In this document: one piece after another, positions 27,790 to 40,205 of the stretch
Layout of the letters: every line of letters begins with the position of its first letter
Position numbering within the stretch: the stretch's first letter is position 1
Source of the DNA: Callorhinchus milii
Lineage: Eukaryota
Assembly: GCF_018977255.1 (NCBI RefSeq)
Contig: NW_024704742.1
Span: 117,864,001-117,928,000, forward strand
Direction: 5' to 3'
Length of the DNA: 64,000 nucleotides
Program-made: the position numbers and the translations under genes
The notes under the pieces: generated by a model
The model's input: the letters and a program-made list of their open reading frames with translations, nothing else
Databases searched by the model: none
Told to the model about the DNA's origin: nothing

Positions 27790-27872
27790 CTGATGTGACA
27801 GGCTCAGCTGGAGGAAGTTCCTGCAACTCCCAGAGGCGAACACTACCATCCTCAGAACAAGAGACCAACTGA
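27790..27872 (-). CDS. WDR41: WDR41 coding exon 11 (QLVSCSEDGSVRLWELQELPPAEPVTS)
   Basis: tacag acceptor, gttag donor, 83 nt. Confidence 0.93.
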
Positions 27873-28744
27873 CTGTAGAATACAGAACGTGGACATTATT
27901 TTCAGAGTGCCATGAACCAAACAGTTGCAATCACTCAGAACAAAATGGAGAATGATTTTATAATTAGACTCAACATATATAAAAATGTTAATCATTGTAT
28001 CTCGTGCAATACACAATATGGTCAATATTGAATATAATAATAATAATCCTTGCATTTGATATAGTGCCTTATCACATCTTCGAGACGTTTTGTAAAGTTT
28101 AGTGTCTGTAATTTGTGGACGAAACGCAGCAGCCAATTGCACATAGCAGTGTCCCACAAACAGCCGTGGATTGAGTAATCAAATTATTATTTTTTTAAAA
28201 AAAAGATTGTTACCCCCGGAAAATGATCTGCCAATTGACTAACAACCAAGTTCCCACCTTCTGCTAGGTAAACAGAGGTGTGTGTGTGTGGAGTAAGGAA
28301 ACTTGCCTATTGTTTCGCTCTGTATTGTAATTCTATAAAATTAATCTTAATATACTGAAAAATATCTTAAAAGAACATCAATTTACACTAGAGCACCTTT
28401 CAAATAAGGAGAATGTCTCAAAGTGGTTCAGAAGCAGAGCTGGGGTAGTGTTTGGAAACACAGTTAAAGAGGCAGATCTTCAGTTGGGATTTGAAGGCAG
28501 AAAGGGAAGGGGTGAGGCAATAGGATTTGGGGGAGCATTTCAGAGGGTGGTACAAAGTGTCTGAAAGCCAACCCATTGATGTTGGGACTGAGGCCATAAA
28601 AGAATTGTAAATGAATATGTCAAATTTAAAAAAATGAAAATAACAAGAATGATTAATTCACCCCATTTTTCTGCCTTTTGGACTTTAGAAACATCACCGA
28701 CAAGCGCACTGCTTTATACCATAATATTCAATCAAGTTCCATAC

Positions 28745-28866
28745 TTGTTTGCTAATTTTGCAATGTGCAACACACGTGAATCGTGAGCCATTTGCTGATA
28801 TGCAATCACTGTTCTTGTCTGAAGGTTATAGACATAAATTCCAGTCCCAATTGCAGCAAAAATATT
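28745..28866 (-). CDS. WDR41: WDR41 coding exon 10 (NIFAAIGTGIYVYNLQ...AHDSRVLHIAKLAN)
   Basis: tacag acceptor, gtatgg donor, 122 nt. Confidence 0.93.
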
Positions 28867-28911
28867 CTGTAGGAAAAGACAGATATTAAAAGTGAGAATC
28901 CAGCTACAGCA

Positions 28912-29298
28912 GTTTCCTACCTCTCTGACCTACTATCCCCCTGCTTACCTGCCCGTACCCTCCGTTCCTCTAGCTCCGGTCTGCTCCACATCCCCCGCCC
29001 CAACCGCCCTACCATCGGTGGCCGGGCCTCAGCCTCTCAGCCCCGAGGCTCTGGAACTCTATCCCCCAGTGCCTTCGCCGCCGCCTCCCTTTCCTCCTTC
29101 AAGGCCGGTCTCAAGAACTTTCTCTTTGACCGTGCCTTCAGCTCCCCTCTCGACTCTCTACCCACTCCTCGCTCCATCCCTTCCCTCCCCTCACCCTGAC
29201 CATTTCCCCCAATGCTCGGGTCCTGACCCAACTGTACAGCGCCTTGGGACGTCCTACCAACGTGAAAGGCGCTCTATAAATGGAATCTTGTTGTTGTT
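28912..29298 (+). mobile_element. L2 LINE 3' fragment
   Basis: Nearly the reverse complement of 6456-6860. Confidence 0.85.
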
Positions 29299-29775
29299 AA
29301 GTAAATTATTTATTGTAGGGCTATGTTATATATCAAAACATCAACACTATGTGGCTTTCATTGTCGATCCGATTTTCTCTTTTTATAACAAAAGCACAAA
29401 CTGTAATCATTGTGGAACAAAGGGGGATCTCACAAGCTTGTCTTACTTGAGGCTAGCTTCGATTTCTACCTTTTTTGCCCTTCTCACTATCTTTTAACCA
29501 CCAAACTAGAAAAAAAGATAAGGATGCCTAGACAATATTTTTTTCAATGTTGAACACCAAGTGAGATGCATAACAGATGTAAGTCACTTTAACTAGTGTG
29601 CTGCCCCTTTTCTGTTTAATGTTCATTGGTATAATAGATCAAAAAATTATAGAATCATTGTAATCTTTTCTGAATATTAAATTATTTTAACTGTCATTTT
29701 GGAGGAAATGTCTGCAACAATCTTTAAAGAGTTAAAGTCGAAGAAGCAAAAGAAAAATTGATTCCTATGTTTTAC

Positions 29776-29966
29776 CTCCTTATCTGAAATCAGATGATTG
29801 ATGCAGATTTCATGCTGATTTGGGGACTTTGATATTTTTATCTCAGCCTGTTTGTCACGTTGAGGAGCTGTATTCCAGAACTGGGATTCAGTTGCTTGAA
29901 CTGTCCACTCCAGAGCATCCCAAATTATTAATTCACCCACATGTGATCCACTTGCAAAGGTACGGT
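29776..29966 (-). CDS. WDR41: WDR41 coding exon 9 (RTFASGSHVGELIIWDALEW...ISDKE)
   Basis: aatag acceptor, gtaaaa donor, 191 nt. Confidence 0.94.
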
Positions 29967-30087
29967 CTATTAGTACAAAAATTCTGTGAATTAATGCAGC
30001 AAAATTACAGCACCTCCCAATGTAGAAAATGAAGCAACAATGCATTTTAGCTACTGCAGATCCATTTGGCCACATAAAATGGTACAA

Positions 30088-30584
30088 TAATGTTCTGGAT
30101 TGCACCAAACTCCGTGACCCCATCTCCACCATTCTCACCCGACTCCATTGGCTCCCTATCCTTCAGAGGATCCAGTTCAAGATCCTGGTCCTCACATACA
30201 AAGCCCTTCACGGCCTCGCCCCACCCTACCTCTGGGACCTCCTAACCCCCTATCAATCCCCTCCACTCAGCCTCCTCCGGCATGCTCCACGTCCCCCAAC
30301 CCACCTCCGCCCCACCATTGGCGGGAGAGCCTTCAGCCACTCTGCCCCCAACCTCTGGAATTCCATGCCCCAATCACTCCGCCTCGCCCCCTCCTTAGCC
30401 TTCTGCAAGTCCCGCCTCATGACCCTCCTCTTCGATCATGCCACCGGTCACCCCCCTTCCCCTCCCCTCCCTTCTCCCCCCACCCGACCCCTGCTCGGGT
30501 CTGAAATGCTGTACACTGTCCAGCGCCTTGGGACGTCCTCCTGACGTGAAAGGCGCTCTACAAATGTAATCTTGTTGTTGTTGT
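30088..30584 (+). mobile_element. L2 LINE 3' fragment
   Basis: LHWLPILQRIQFKILVLTYKALHGLAPPYL; (TTG)n tail. Confidence 0.86.
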
Positions 30585-31464
30585 TGGATTGCTATAATCA
30601 ATAATATTACCAAATAAGACAAAAGGCGTGCTTACTAACACTTTAAATGTCAGATTTGACTCAGGATGGTATTAGTCAATTCCTTGGGCTAGCTACTGCC
30701 ATCATTGTGGAAACCTCAATAAAAATATTACTGTTGCAGGAGCAACTGAAATAATTGAAATGGCCAAAAGACATTTCATTCATGAAATAAGTATCCACTT
30801 ATTTCCTCAAAACATTGCTGAAATTAGGTTAATATTATGAATCTGCAGAATTTTCCAAATTGTTGCCATAAGACACAATCAAACTCAGTTTTCCATTATC
30901 ATGCACATGGAATTCACAAATCAGTTAGCTGAGAAATTAAGATAATTCCATAGAGCAAGATCACACAAATCACTTACAATAAAAACTTGTGAAGTTGAGT
31001 TTCAACAACCATCTGCATAAAGGAACCACTGGAATGATGGCAGAATTTGTTGTTTAAGATGGGAAGCCCAAAATTTGGAGTTTAAAGTAGTAATTTTTGT
31101 AGCATATCTATCATATCTATTCTGAATGGAAGAATACAAAGGCTCATTCCCTAAACTTCCTAAAAATATATTATGTTCAAGGTACATTCATCTCAATTTG
31201 GAGTGAGAGGAATTGGAGTTTTTATTTGTAGGTTATGTCTTTAACCACGAGAGAAGGATTGCCCTGTTAGAACACTGGACATACCCAGGTGGACTCATTT
31301 GGATGTTTCTTATTCTGATATGATCCATCTTTAACTTGAGTTTTTTTAAAAAACATAATAATTTTATTTAAGCAAATCAAACGGTCAGATTTCATTCACT
31401 AGGTCAAATGCCATATTTTCGCAGTTGAATGCAAAAAGCCATGATGTCTAACAAAGGATCCTAC

Positions 31465-31575
31465 CATTAACCTTGATCAGGGCACGAATATCATCTTCAT
31501 GGTTTGACAGTCGTCTCATCTCGATAATTTCCCAAGTTTCAGATTCCTGGGATGGTGCTACCAGCTTAAAAATAA
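31465..31575 (-). CDS. WDR41: WDR41 coding exon 8 (IFKLVAPSQESETWEIIEMRRLSNHEDDIRALIKVN)
   Basis: gtcag acceptor, gtagg donor, 111 nt. Confidence 0.92.
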
Positions 31576-31802
31576 CTGACAGCAAGAATGCAGCATTTGG
31601 TAAAACACTTGTATGTTAGTAAATGTTTCAGTCAAATTTTGTTCTGTATTTAGATAACACACTAACAACAAATTTGATTTGTGTATCAACACAATATCCA
31701 CTTAGGTGGAATATAAAGAACTATCAAAACACTAAGCAGGTAAAGGGTTTTAAATGTTCTCAATCGTTTTGTGCACCTAATGAGCTTGAAGAAACTTCTT
31801 AC

Positions 31803-31865
31803 CCAGCTCCTTTCTAACTGCTGCAGCAATGCCGTTTTTTGGTAGTTCTATCATTGAACTAACAT
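31803..31865 (-). CDS. WDR41: WDR41 coding exon 7 (VSSMIELPKNGIAAAVRKEL)
   Basis: tacag acceptor, gtaag donor, 63 nt. Confidence 0.92.
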
Positions 31866-32878
31866 CTGTAGATAAAAATATTAAAAACATTTAAAAACTA
31901 CCATTAAGAATGCTACAAAATACCAATCAGATTTTTGAACTTCGAGTGATTCAATGGTAACTAATAACATTTCTTTAAGATACATTTTGAACAAGGCCAA
32001 ATTATGCCAATGGTCTCAAAAAGATAATATTTATTATAATAATCCTTGCATTTGATATAGCAGCTTATCACGTAATGAAGATATCTCAAAACATGTGATA
32101 AGACCCACTGTAAAGTGTAGTCTGTCGGCTAAAGTAGCAGCCAATATGAGGACAGAAGTGTTCCACAACCTGTAAAGAAGCAATTCATTGCTTTTTACCC
32201 TTTCATAATTTTGAATATTTAAACCCCTGCTCGCCAAACTAATTGGGCGGGGGGGGGGGCTAATTTTCATGTCCGGGGAGCCAGCTAAGTGCAATTACAA
32301 TGCTGGTGAATGCTAGAACTGAGCAGTACCCAGAATCAAACATTCAGAGTCAAAGTCGGTATCCCTGGCCAACGTGAAGGCCGGCAAGAAACACAAGACT
32401 GCACTAGGAGAGTTGGGCTGAATTTTTGTCCTGTGAATTTATTTATTTTTAAACTTCAGCTACCCGTAGTCTGGTAAGCTGTTCTTCTATTAGATCTCTT
32501 TTTAACCTTCTCTGTTGCAGGGAACGCAGGCTTTTTCAAAACAGTTTTTCATCATAACTATATTATCTCATCTCTGGTAAAATTATTGGCTAGTGATTTT
32601 GGAAAATAAACGCAATAACTTTCTTTGACTACTTTTTTGAAGTTTCTGAAACCATTCCTTATGTTTCGGACTTTAGAATCCGAGTCAAATGTTGGATTCA
32701 TTCATGTTATGTTCACTCACTGTCACTGCTGGGCATTGAGCAGATCTAGATGTACACGTCAGGCTCAGTACACATTTAGCACAATACACATCTATTTCCT
32801 TGGGCACAAAATACATTTACTACAACTTACTATAGAACAAGAAAACAGCAAACAGAAGAAATAAGCACTGTATGATAC

Positions 32879-32990
32879 CTGCATCTTTAAAACACACAGT
32901 TTTATGGAGTAATTCTGCATCCTTGTTCCAAATGCATACTTCATTCCCTCCAGACAGCCATATATCAAGTCTTTCTATAATCATCAGACA
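32879..32990 (-). CDS. WDR41: WDR41 coding exon 6 (CLMIIERLDIWLSGGNEVCIWNKD...)
   Basis: tgcag acceptor, gtatca donor, 112 nt. Confidence 0.93.
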
Positions 32991-33798
32991 CTGCAAATGA
33001 ACACATAATGCTGGCTCAACTTCAATAATACTGTTGCTTAATGCTTATTCTATATTATATCAAGTTAATGGATAAACATTAGAATGTTGGGCAAAATTTA
33101 TACAGCATCTTGGAGCACTGCACAAAATAATGTTAATCCCTATATTTGTTATGGCATCTTTCACATCGGGAGAATGCCCCAAAGTACTTCACAGAACACA
33201 CAAAAGTGGAGTGGGTTTTGTGGATGAATGCAGCAGCCAGTCTACAATGGCAGGGCTGGATACTGAGCGAAGGAAAGGGGAAGTTGACCATAGGTACGTT
33301 CAAAGAGGTAAGTCTTAAGGCAGATTTAAAGATAAAGAAATGGCGAGGCGGAATGATTGAGACAGGGAGTTCCAGAGGTCAGGGATGTAGTGACCAAAGA
33401 CATACCAACTGATGGTGGTGCAGAGCGACCATGAACACACATTAGACTCATGTCTACTCACAATGGTGTACAAGCAAGTCAGAGAGGGAAGGATGTGCTA
33501 AGGCATTAGAGGTTCCATGTAGGTGACGGTAAGGATATTGAAATTGATCCTTTCAGAGACGGGAACCAAATGAGTGTTCAGGTGATTGGGAACCACTATC
33601 AATATGCTATGGCTTGAATAATGGAGAAGTTGCCATTAACCTTAAAAGTATTATTTACACAATTACCTCAAAGACATTGAGTGACTGTTTAGTACATGGT
33701 GTAGATTACACATGATCTGTGGAATTACCAGATTTATTGGGCTGAATGGTTTTTCCTCAATGTTCTCTCAAACGCAAATCCCATACACTTTGTCTTAC

Positions 33799-33861
33799 CT
33801 TAACAGATGACGGAATTTCCATTAGTAAATGGATTTGACTGCCACTGTCCAGATCCCACAT
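33799..33861 (-). CDS. WDR41: WDR41 coding exon 5 (MWDLDSGSQIHLLMEIPSSVK)
   Basis: U12 branch site plus tag acceptor, gtaag donor, 63 nt. Confidence 0.88.
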
Positions 33862-34696
33862 CTACTTGTATAAGTAAAGGAAAACTGAACAGAAGGGGGA
33901 GAAAATATAGCCCGGAAATTATTAATTTGTAACTATCAGAAATATTAGCAAACATATCTAGAGAGAAATATTGCAGTATTCCTAAATACGTTTTGGAACC
34001 TGATTAAAATGTGTTGTGAAATTACTCTGATGACATCAGTTCTTATGCAAAAAAAGCAATGTTTATAGCAATCTGATAATCCCAAAGCCATTTTTAGTAT
34101 GTGGAACACCAAACAGCTGATACCTGTCATTCGGTCGCCACTGAGGTAACTTCCTGCACACTGCACAAGTGTATAACCTATTCACTATTTTAGCTTCCTG
34201 TATACAGGCGAGAGTATTGAATCACTAATGTAATCGGCACACACATTTTGGATTTTTTAAGGTAACTAAATATCGAAGTCCCCATCCAATTGTGCTATAA
34301 GTGAACCTGTGTAATAACAGGGTTCCACTATATTCAGGCAGAAGGACAGTTTGCCAACTAGTCATAATTAGCTACTAGTTTGTCCAAAGCAGACGAGAGG
34401 TAAATGTTGCTTTTCAGTTTTGTTAAGCAGCTGAGTCTAGAATGAGGAAGCATGAAGAAATTCTCAGATAAATTGAATTAACAATGTAGTTCGTCAGGAA
34501 TTTAAAAGAGATAGATACTTGGGCAAATAGATACTTGGGTAGCAGAGGAATAAAGGAGTATGGTGAAAGGGCAGGGCATTGGGATTAAAAGATTTGACAG
34601 GATCTCATAAACTGGTGAAACAGGCTCAATGGGATGAGCTGCTGTTTTCCTGGTTTCCGAGGACAGATGCACGCATTCCAGGTATCGTCAGGATAC
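33862..34696 (-). other. WDR41: U12-type (minor spliceosome) GT-AG intron of WDR41
   Basis: 5' splice site GTATCCTG; branch site TTTTCCTTTAC (33884-33874) about 12 nt from the 3' end, with no polypyrimidine tract in between. Confidence 0.85.
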
Positions 34697-34828
34697 AATG
34701 ATATTCTTATCAGAAGAGGCAGTAAGAAGAAGATGACTTTCCGGCTGTGAGCTATACATCAATGGAAAGACAGCAATTGCTGTGATTGGTCTGGAATGGC
34801 CTCGCAGCTCGTGAAGTCGCTCTCCATT
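34697..34828 (-). CDS. WDR41: WDR41 coding exon 4 (NGERLHELRGHSRPITAIAVFP...LTASSDKNII)
   Basis: tacag acceptor, GTATCCT (U12-type) donor, 132 nt. Confidence 0.92.
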
Positions 34829-35825
34829 CTGTAGACATAAAATGCAACCTTAATTTAAAATATAATAAATCAGTAAATTTCAAACATTTTAAAATAGATT
34901 TATTCTTATCAATTAATACTGAACATAAAATGCTTGCGAAATGTGAAAAACTATACACAACAACATGCATTTTCACAGCATAAAAATCAATTTGCTGCAA
35001 ACTCATACCTACAGATGTATGATACACTGTATTGCCCTGATGGTTCAGGGAGTCTATTCAATTAACCATAAAAATTGAGAAGATACCCAAACTGAATTTG
35101 GGTGCCAGAAATGAGTTCAATCAAACGACAATGGGGAAAAAAAACAGCATTTTCTACTCCTGATCACTATCCAGTAACCACTGCTGAAGAATGGATATGG
35201 GCTCATTAGATGGCAATGGAATCTAGTTTGGTTGCCTCGTGCCACCTCACTCATACAGTTGAATAGCCTTCTGAACTCTCATACATGAATAATGATCACA
35301 TGAATAAGTTATAAAAAGGCAGACTAGAGCAAGTGGAAACATACTCCAAAATGTATAAAAATAATTTAAATTAGCAAAAGAAAAAAATAACACAATGAAT
35401 AAATTATAAACAGTTCCATCACAAGCAACAATGGTGATCAAATTTATCAAAGGTCTACTAAGCAAAAAAAATTGCAGATTAAAAGAAAATATACCTCCTA
35501 TTCTGAAAATGCTTTGAGTGAAATGAAGCAAATCTGTGTCACACAATTTAGACCATACGACAAATAATGGGTGAATGCACCACCTTCTGGCTGTCTGCCT
35601 GCACTGTAATCGGCAAACACCATCCCACTTGAAAACATTTTTTTACAAATTGGAGCTAAGGCACAGTTTACAAGAAAAGTTTTCATTATACACACAAGTT
35701 GGAATGAAGATTTTAATTTGTTTTCTTAAAAAATCTAAAAGTGTATGTAACAAAGACTAGGCAAAGTTAAAAACAAGGCTTTTTGGGTTTACTTTGTAAC
35801 AAAACAAGTCAAGATACATACTAAC

Positions 35826-35874
35826 CTGCACATTCCAAACAAATACAACGCCATCATCTCCTGCAGAGACAAAC
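35826..35874 (-). CDS. WDR41: WDR41 coding exon 3 (FVSAGDDGVVFVWNVQ)
   Basis: tacag acceptor, gttag donor, 49 nt. Confidence 0.93.
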
Positions 35875-36098
35875 CTGTATGAAGTTAAATTGCATAATTT
35901 TACTCACCATGAACTAAATGCAGACATTCAAAAACAGAAATTGAAAAATCTTTGGTTTGTTTGGTTGCTATTGTTTGTCATCTATTATTTTTATTAATAA
36001 CATTTTTGAAACACATTTTTCTTTTATATGTTTATATGTGCACTTGCTGTAAGCGAAAACATTTATACAACATCCTTGAAATCAATAGAAAGGTCATA

Positions 36099-36200
36099 CA
36101 GGGTGACCTAAAAGTTGTGATATCTATCCTATTATCTAAAAAAAAATTATTTAAGACTTATTAGGCATTGTCATGGTATTACAACTTTTTGGTCACCTTG
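36099..36200. mobile_element. Tc1/mariner-like mini-MITE
   Basis: 26-bp TIRs (22/26) starting CAGGGTG, flanked by TA on both sides. Confidence 0.55.
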
Positions 36201-38331
36201 TATAACTTTTCTAAGTTGCTGCTCTATAAGCAGAATTACAGCAGAAGCAGAACCACACAGAGCTATTTGGCAACACTAGAAAGGTTGTTTTGAGGAAGCA
36301 ACATTATATCAAATTGGATGTACATTTCACCATGCTGTTTGGTTGGCATCCAATGAAGCATGTTGGAGTGAGGGTTGAAACTACAATTCAGTGAGGAAAT
36401 GGATACCAAGCTGACTAGAACAATGCAGCAAATGCCTTTAGAGTACTAGGAGACTACCAAAGAAAACAAAAAAGTATAAAATTGCCTCTCTAAAAAGGTT
36501 CTTTTCCAGATTGTTGAGTGGACAATGATTATCAGTTCCCACTTAAATGTAAAAGAGAAAAATGGTATATAAACTTACAGGAATTCTGCTCTGACACAAT
36601 CTACAGTAACTCCAGAACAGAAGCTGATGTAATGTACTTCTGGTTACAGGAACAGGTTCCCACATGGATTTCTTAATAATGAATTTTATTAGAATATCGT
36701 TACTAATTAAATCCCAATTTTGCCCAATTTACTGATGACAACACCAGAACCATTAACATAATTGAACGAGGCAGTAATATTTTAACATAAGCCTGCAAAT
36801 TCTCAAATCTTATAAAGAGTAACAAGTATCATCATATCTTATAACTGGTTCATCAGCAGTACTTGGAAGGGCAGACCAGTCTCTAGGGCAAGAAATCATC
36901 CCATTCAGATCCTGTTAACCCTGCAAGCCAAATCCCTAACAGGTTGGATGGTCCTCGCTGAACCAGCAGCAGCTATCCGGTTTTAGCTGATTAGACTCCA
37001 GCAGTACCCCAGCGCACATTCTGGGGTTTCCAAGCCTTGGCTCTTGCTAACCTGCACCTAATACTTCCCAGAATTAGGTAAGCAGAATGCATCCCTCCAG
37101 GGAGAGAGTGGGCATTCCATTCCAACAATCTATCTCTGAAATTTCCATGTGCAGGTGGGATGTAAGGAATTTTCACTTTGGTTTGGATACACTTAAACAA
37201 GATGATGGGGTTCCACATGTGTCAGACACCCGACTAACCAAAATAAATCTTAGAACTGACAGAAGATCAAGATCTGTTAAATTCTTCTCTAGTTATGACC
37301 AATAGTATAATCCAAATGTTCATTTTGTACTCATCTAAAGCAGGGCAGCTAACTAAAGAAATACGTTTGGAACGTCTCTTTGTGTTAATGGACTTGCAAA
37401 GACTGTAGTCGTACAAACATTTCATGAAAGCGTGACTTTCAGCAATCTTCTGCTCAAGCTTAGTTTTGCTCAATGACCTTTCACCTTCCCACTCCCTGAC
37501 TTCATGTCCAAAAACAGGTATAGGAAGAAGAAAAGAGTAGCTGTCATGAAGGCTGAGATGGGATCAATTTCCCATCTCCAGAACCAATCTGTGAAACTGT
37601 TCCGCTTGCTGACTATGGCTAAGGCCTGAGAGGACAACAGAAGCCATCTGCAAAGCACTCTATAAACAAGATCATTGAAGGACTCCATGCGTGAAACTCG
37701 TCTCACTGAAAGCTATAGTGAAGATGCATGTTCATGGAAAAAGTCAGGAAAATCATTTTTTTTAAAAAAACTTATCACTGGATAAGGTCTTCAATGTTAG
37801 TTGCCAAAACAATTTTCTCTAAATTTGCGAGCAAAAAATCTTAAAGCTACAACTGCTTGTCTGTCTTGCACAATATTCTAGTAATAGACACAGTGGTTTT
37901 AAAAAAATAATCAGCTTAATAGTCTTTCAAAATGCCTCAATTTCGCATATTTTCATCTTGCACACCAAATAATCAAAACAGTGAAGATCATAAACTGAGC
38001 ATGTGGGAGCGCACAGGGAGTGAACCAGCTGGCTGCACGGAAAATTTAAGAATCATTTCCCTACATCAATTGTTGTCCCTCACAGAGCTGAGAAGATTCA
38101 ACAACAATGACAACTTGGATTTATATAGTGCCCTCCACGCCGGACGGCGTCTGAGAGCACTTTACAGTAACGGATCCCAGAACCGAGCCGGGGGGGTGGG
38201 GGTGTGAACAAAGGCACGGTCGAAAAAAAAGGTATTCAGTAGAGACCTGAAAATGGGATGGGCGATTATGTAATGTTAAAATCTGGAACTGTTAAATACT
38301 GTGAACTGAATAAATTGAAAAAAAATCTAAC

Positions 38332-38447
38332 CTGAAATCATCAATCCATGCTACAAAGCGAACAATATCACTGTGACCCTTTAATACTTGCAGCTCGGTG
38401 TAGGGATTTTGGGGTTGTTCGTCTCCTATGCACAGGACCAATGACTT
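38332..38447 (-). CDS. WDR41: WDR41 coding exon 2 (KSLVLCIGDEQPQNPYTELQVLKGHSDIVRFVAWIDDF)
   Basis: tttag acceptor, gttag donor, 116 nt. Confidence 0.94.
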
Positions 38448-40157
38448 CTAAAACATTTAAAGACAAGAATTACCGGCATCAAATCAATGAAAAATATTTG
38501 CTTTATATTCATAATACATTGAAGAATTAAACAGATAACACAAATATAGAATATATCTTAGCATATTTGAAGTACTAGCATTCATAGATTCAAAACAGTG
38601 CATATAAAGTAGTAATAAACTAATTTTGTGAAAAACTAAACTGAAAAACTATGAAAGAACTTAACGAAAAATTGGAAATTAAAATAATCATAACTTCCTA
38701 TGGCCAAATAGCTTCTATTTTGTTTAATCACAATGAAAATGAAGGTAATCATATTCCTTACATTCTTCACGGGATATACTGTAAAGTGTAACGACTATAT
38801 ATTTTGTAAACAAAAGCGGCAGCCAATTTGTGCACGGCAAATCCTACAGTGAATCACCAATTTTATTCGGACGATTTTGCCTAGACACTGGGAAAAACCT
38901 TCTTTCCAAGAACACAAGATTGGTCTGGATGAAAAAGGCCCTTTGGCCCATTTGATCTCATCCTTTGAGAATATGTATCCTATCAACACTCCCCAATCAC
39001 TGCATCAAGTTGTTTTTTTAAAGGGCCTTTACCACCTTTCTTGGCAATCTGTTCAAGTAATTGATTACCCTCGGTTTAAGAAAAACCTCCTGTCATCTGT
39101 ACTGAAATTGCCCTTCACAATTCTAGCCCTATGTCATCTTGGCTTGATGCATTCTAAAATATTGATCTGAGTTTACTTTTTCATTTAAAATGTTATACAC
39201 CTCTGAGGTCCCCTCTGATTCGTCTTTTCTTATGACTGAAGAGCCCTAGCTTGTCTAATCGTTGCTCTAGTTCATTTTTCTAAGACTGGGGATCATTCTG
39301 GGGTGGGTGTTTTTTTTGGTCAGCCAAAGGCTTCTGTTAACTCTGCAAACCTAAACCCTATGGGTATGGTGGTCCTAGCTGGAAAATCACCTATCACCAT
39401 GCTTAGGAATATACAAACAAAACTGAGAAATCCATGTATCCCACCTGCACATGGAAATTCCAGATAGATTGTTGGAATGGAATGCACACTCTCTCCCTGG
39501 AGGGACACATCCTGCTTACTAATTCCGGAAAGCTTGGGCATCCCGGAGTTGATTGGGGGTACTGCTGGAGTCTCACCAGTTAAAACCGCAGAGCTTGCCA
39601 TTGATATCACTATCTGGCAAGCTTTCCCGCTGATTTTCCGGCTAGGACCACCATACCCATAGGGTTTAGGCTCGCAGAATTAACAGAAGCTGAATAGAAT
39701 GACTCCCTACTCCCTAGTGACTGGTCTGCCCTTCCAGGTCCTGCTGATGAGCCAGTGCCCTGGAATTCTGCATGCCTGGATCAGGAGCGAGACTACTGAG
39801 ACTGCCACAGAAGGCTGGCTGATTCCAACATTCTGTTGCCAAGCATGTCACCTTGGAGCCAGTTCAACTCCAAGGAGATCCCGCTTACCTCTTCCCTATC
39901 CCCTCCAAAAGGAGCACTCCCCCAGAACTGCACTGAAGTGTCAGCCTGAACTGTGAGCTCAAAGTCCCAACGTGTAGCTTGAACTCACAACCTCTAACTC
40001 AAGAGACAGCTAGCAAGGCTGACACCATTGGTATCTAAAAAAGCTGGAAAAACTTCTGAAAAGGAGTTATTTGCAGTATATTGTTCACTAATGTTGTTTA
40101 AAGGTGCAAAGTCAAGTACACAATAAAAATATATATAATATAAAATGTATTAAATAC

Positions 40158-40205
40158 CTCCACCGGCTCCTGGATTTCTCTTCCACCAAGCAACCACTTA
40201 AGCAT
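40158..40205 (-). CDS. WDR41: WDR41 coding exon 1 (MLKWLLGGREIQEPVE)
   Basis: ATG at 40205, 2 nt downstream of a ttttcag acceptor; gtattt donor. Confidence 0.9.

Larger units (their letters stand above)
21588..40205 (-). other. WDR41: WDR41 gene, complete CDS (13 coding exons, 1371 nt, 456 aa), WD40 subunit of the C9orf72-SMCR8-WDR41 complex
   Basis: All exons join in frame from ATG to TAA. Peptides such as NPYTEL, GSHVGELIIWDAL, SCSEDGSVR, LIGDLIGHSG and MFLYFEDHG match WDR41. Synteny with PDE8B agrees. Confidence 0.95.

Noticed and set aside
25519..30584. Inverted L2 pair driving a circRNA of WDR41 exons 10-11
   Set aside because: The opposed copies belong to different, diverged L2 subfamilies, so stable pairing is doubtful.
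32869..32878. Second U12 intron (donor GTATCATAC)
   Set aside because: It lacks the conserved CC at +5/+6 and I see no U12 branch site near its acceptor, so it is treated as U2-type.
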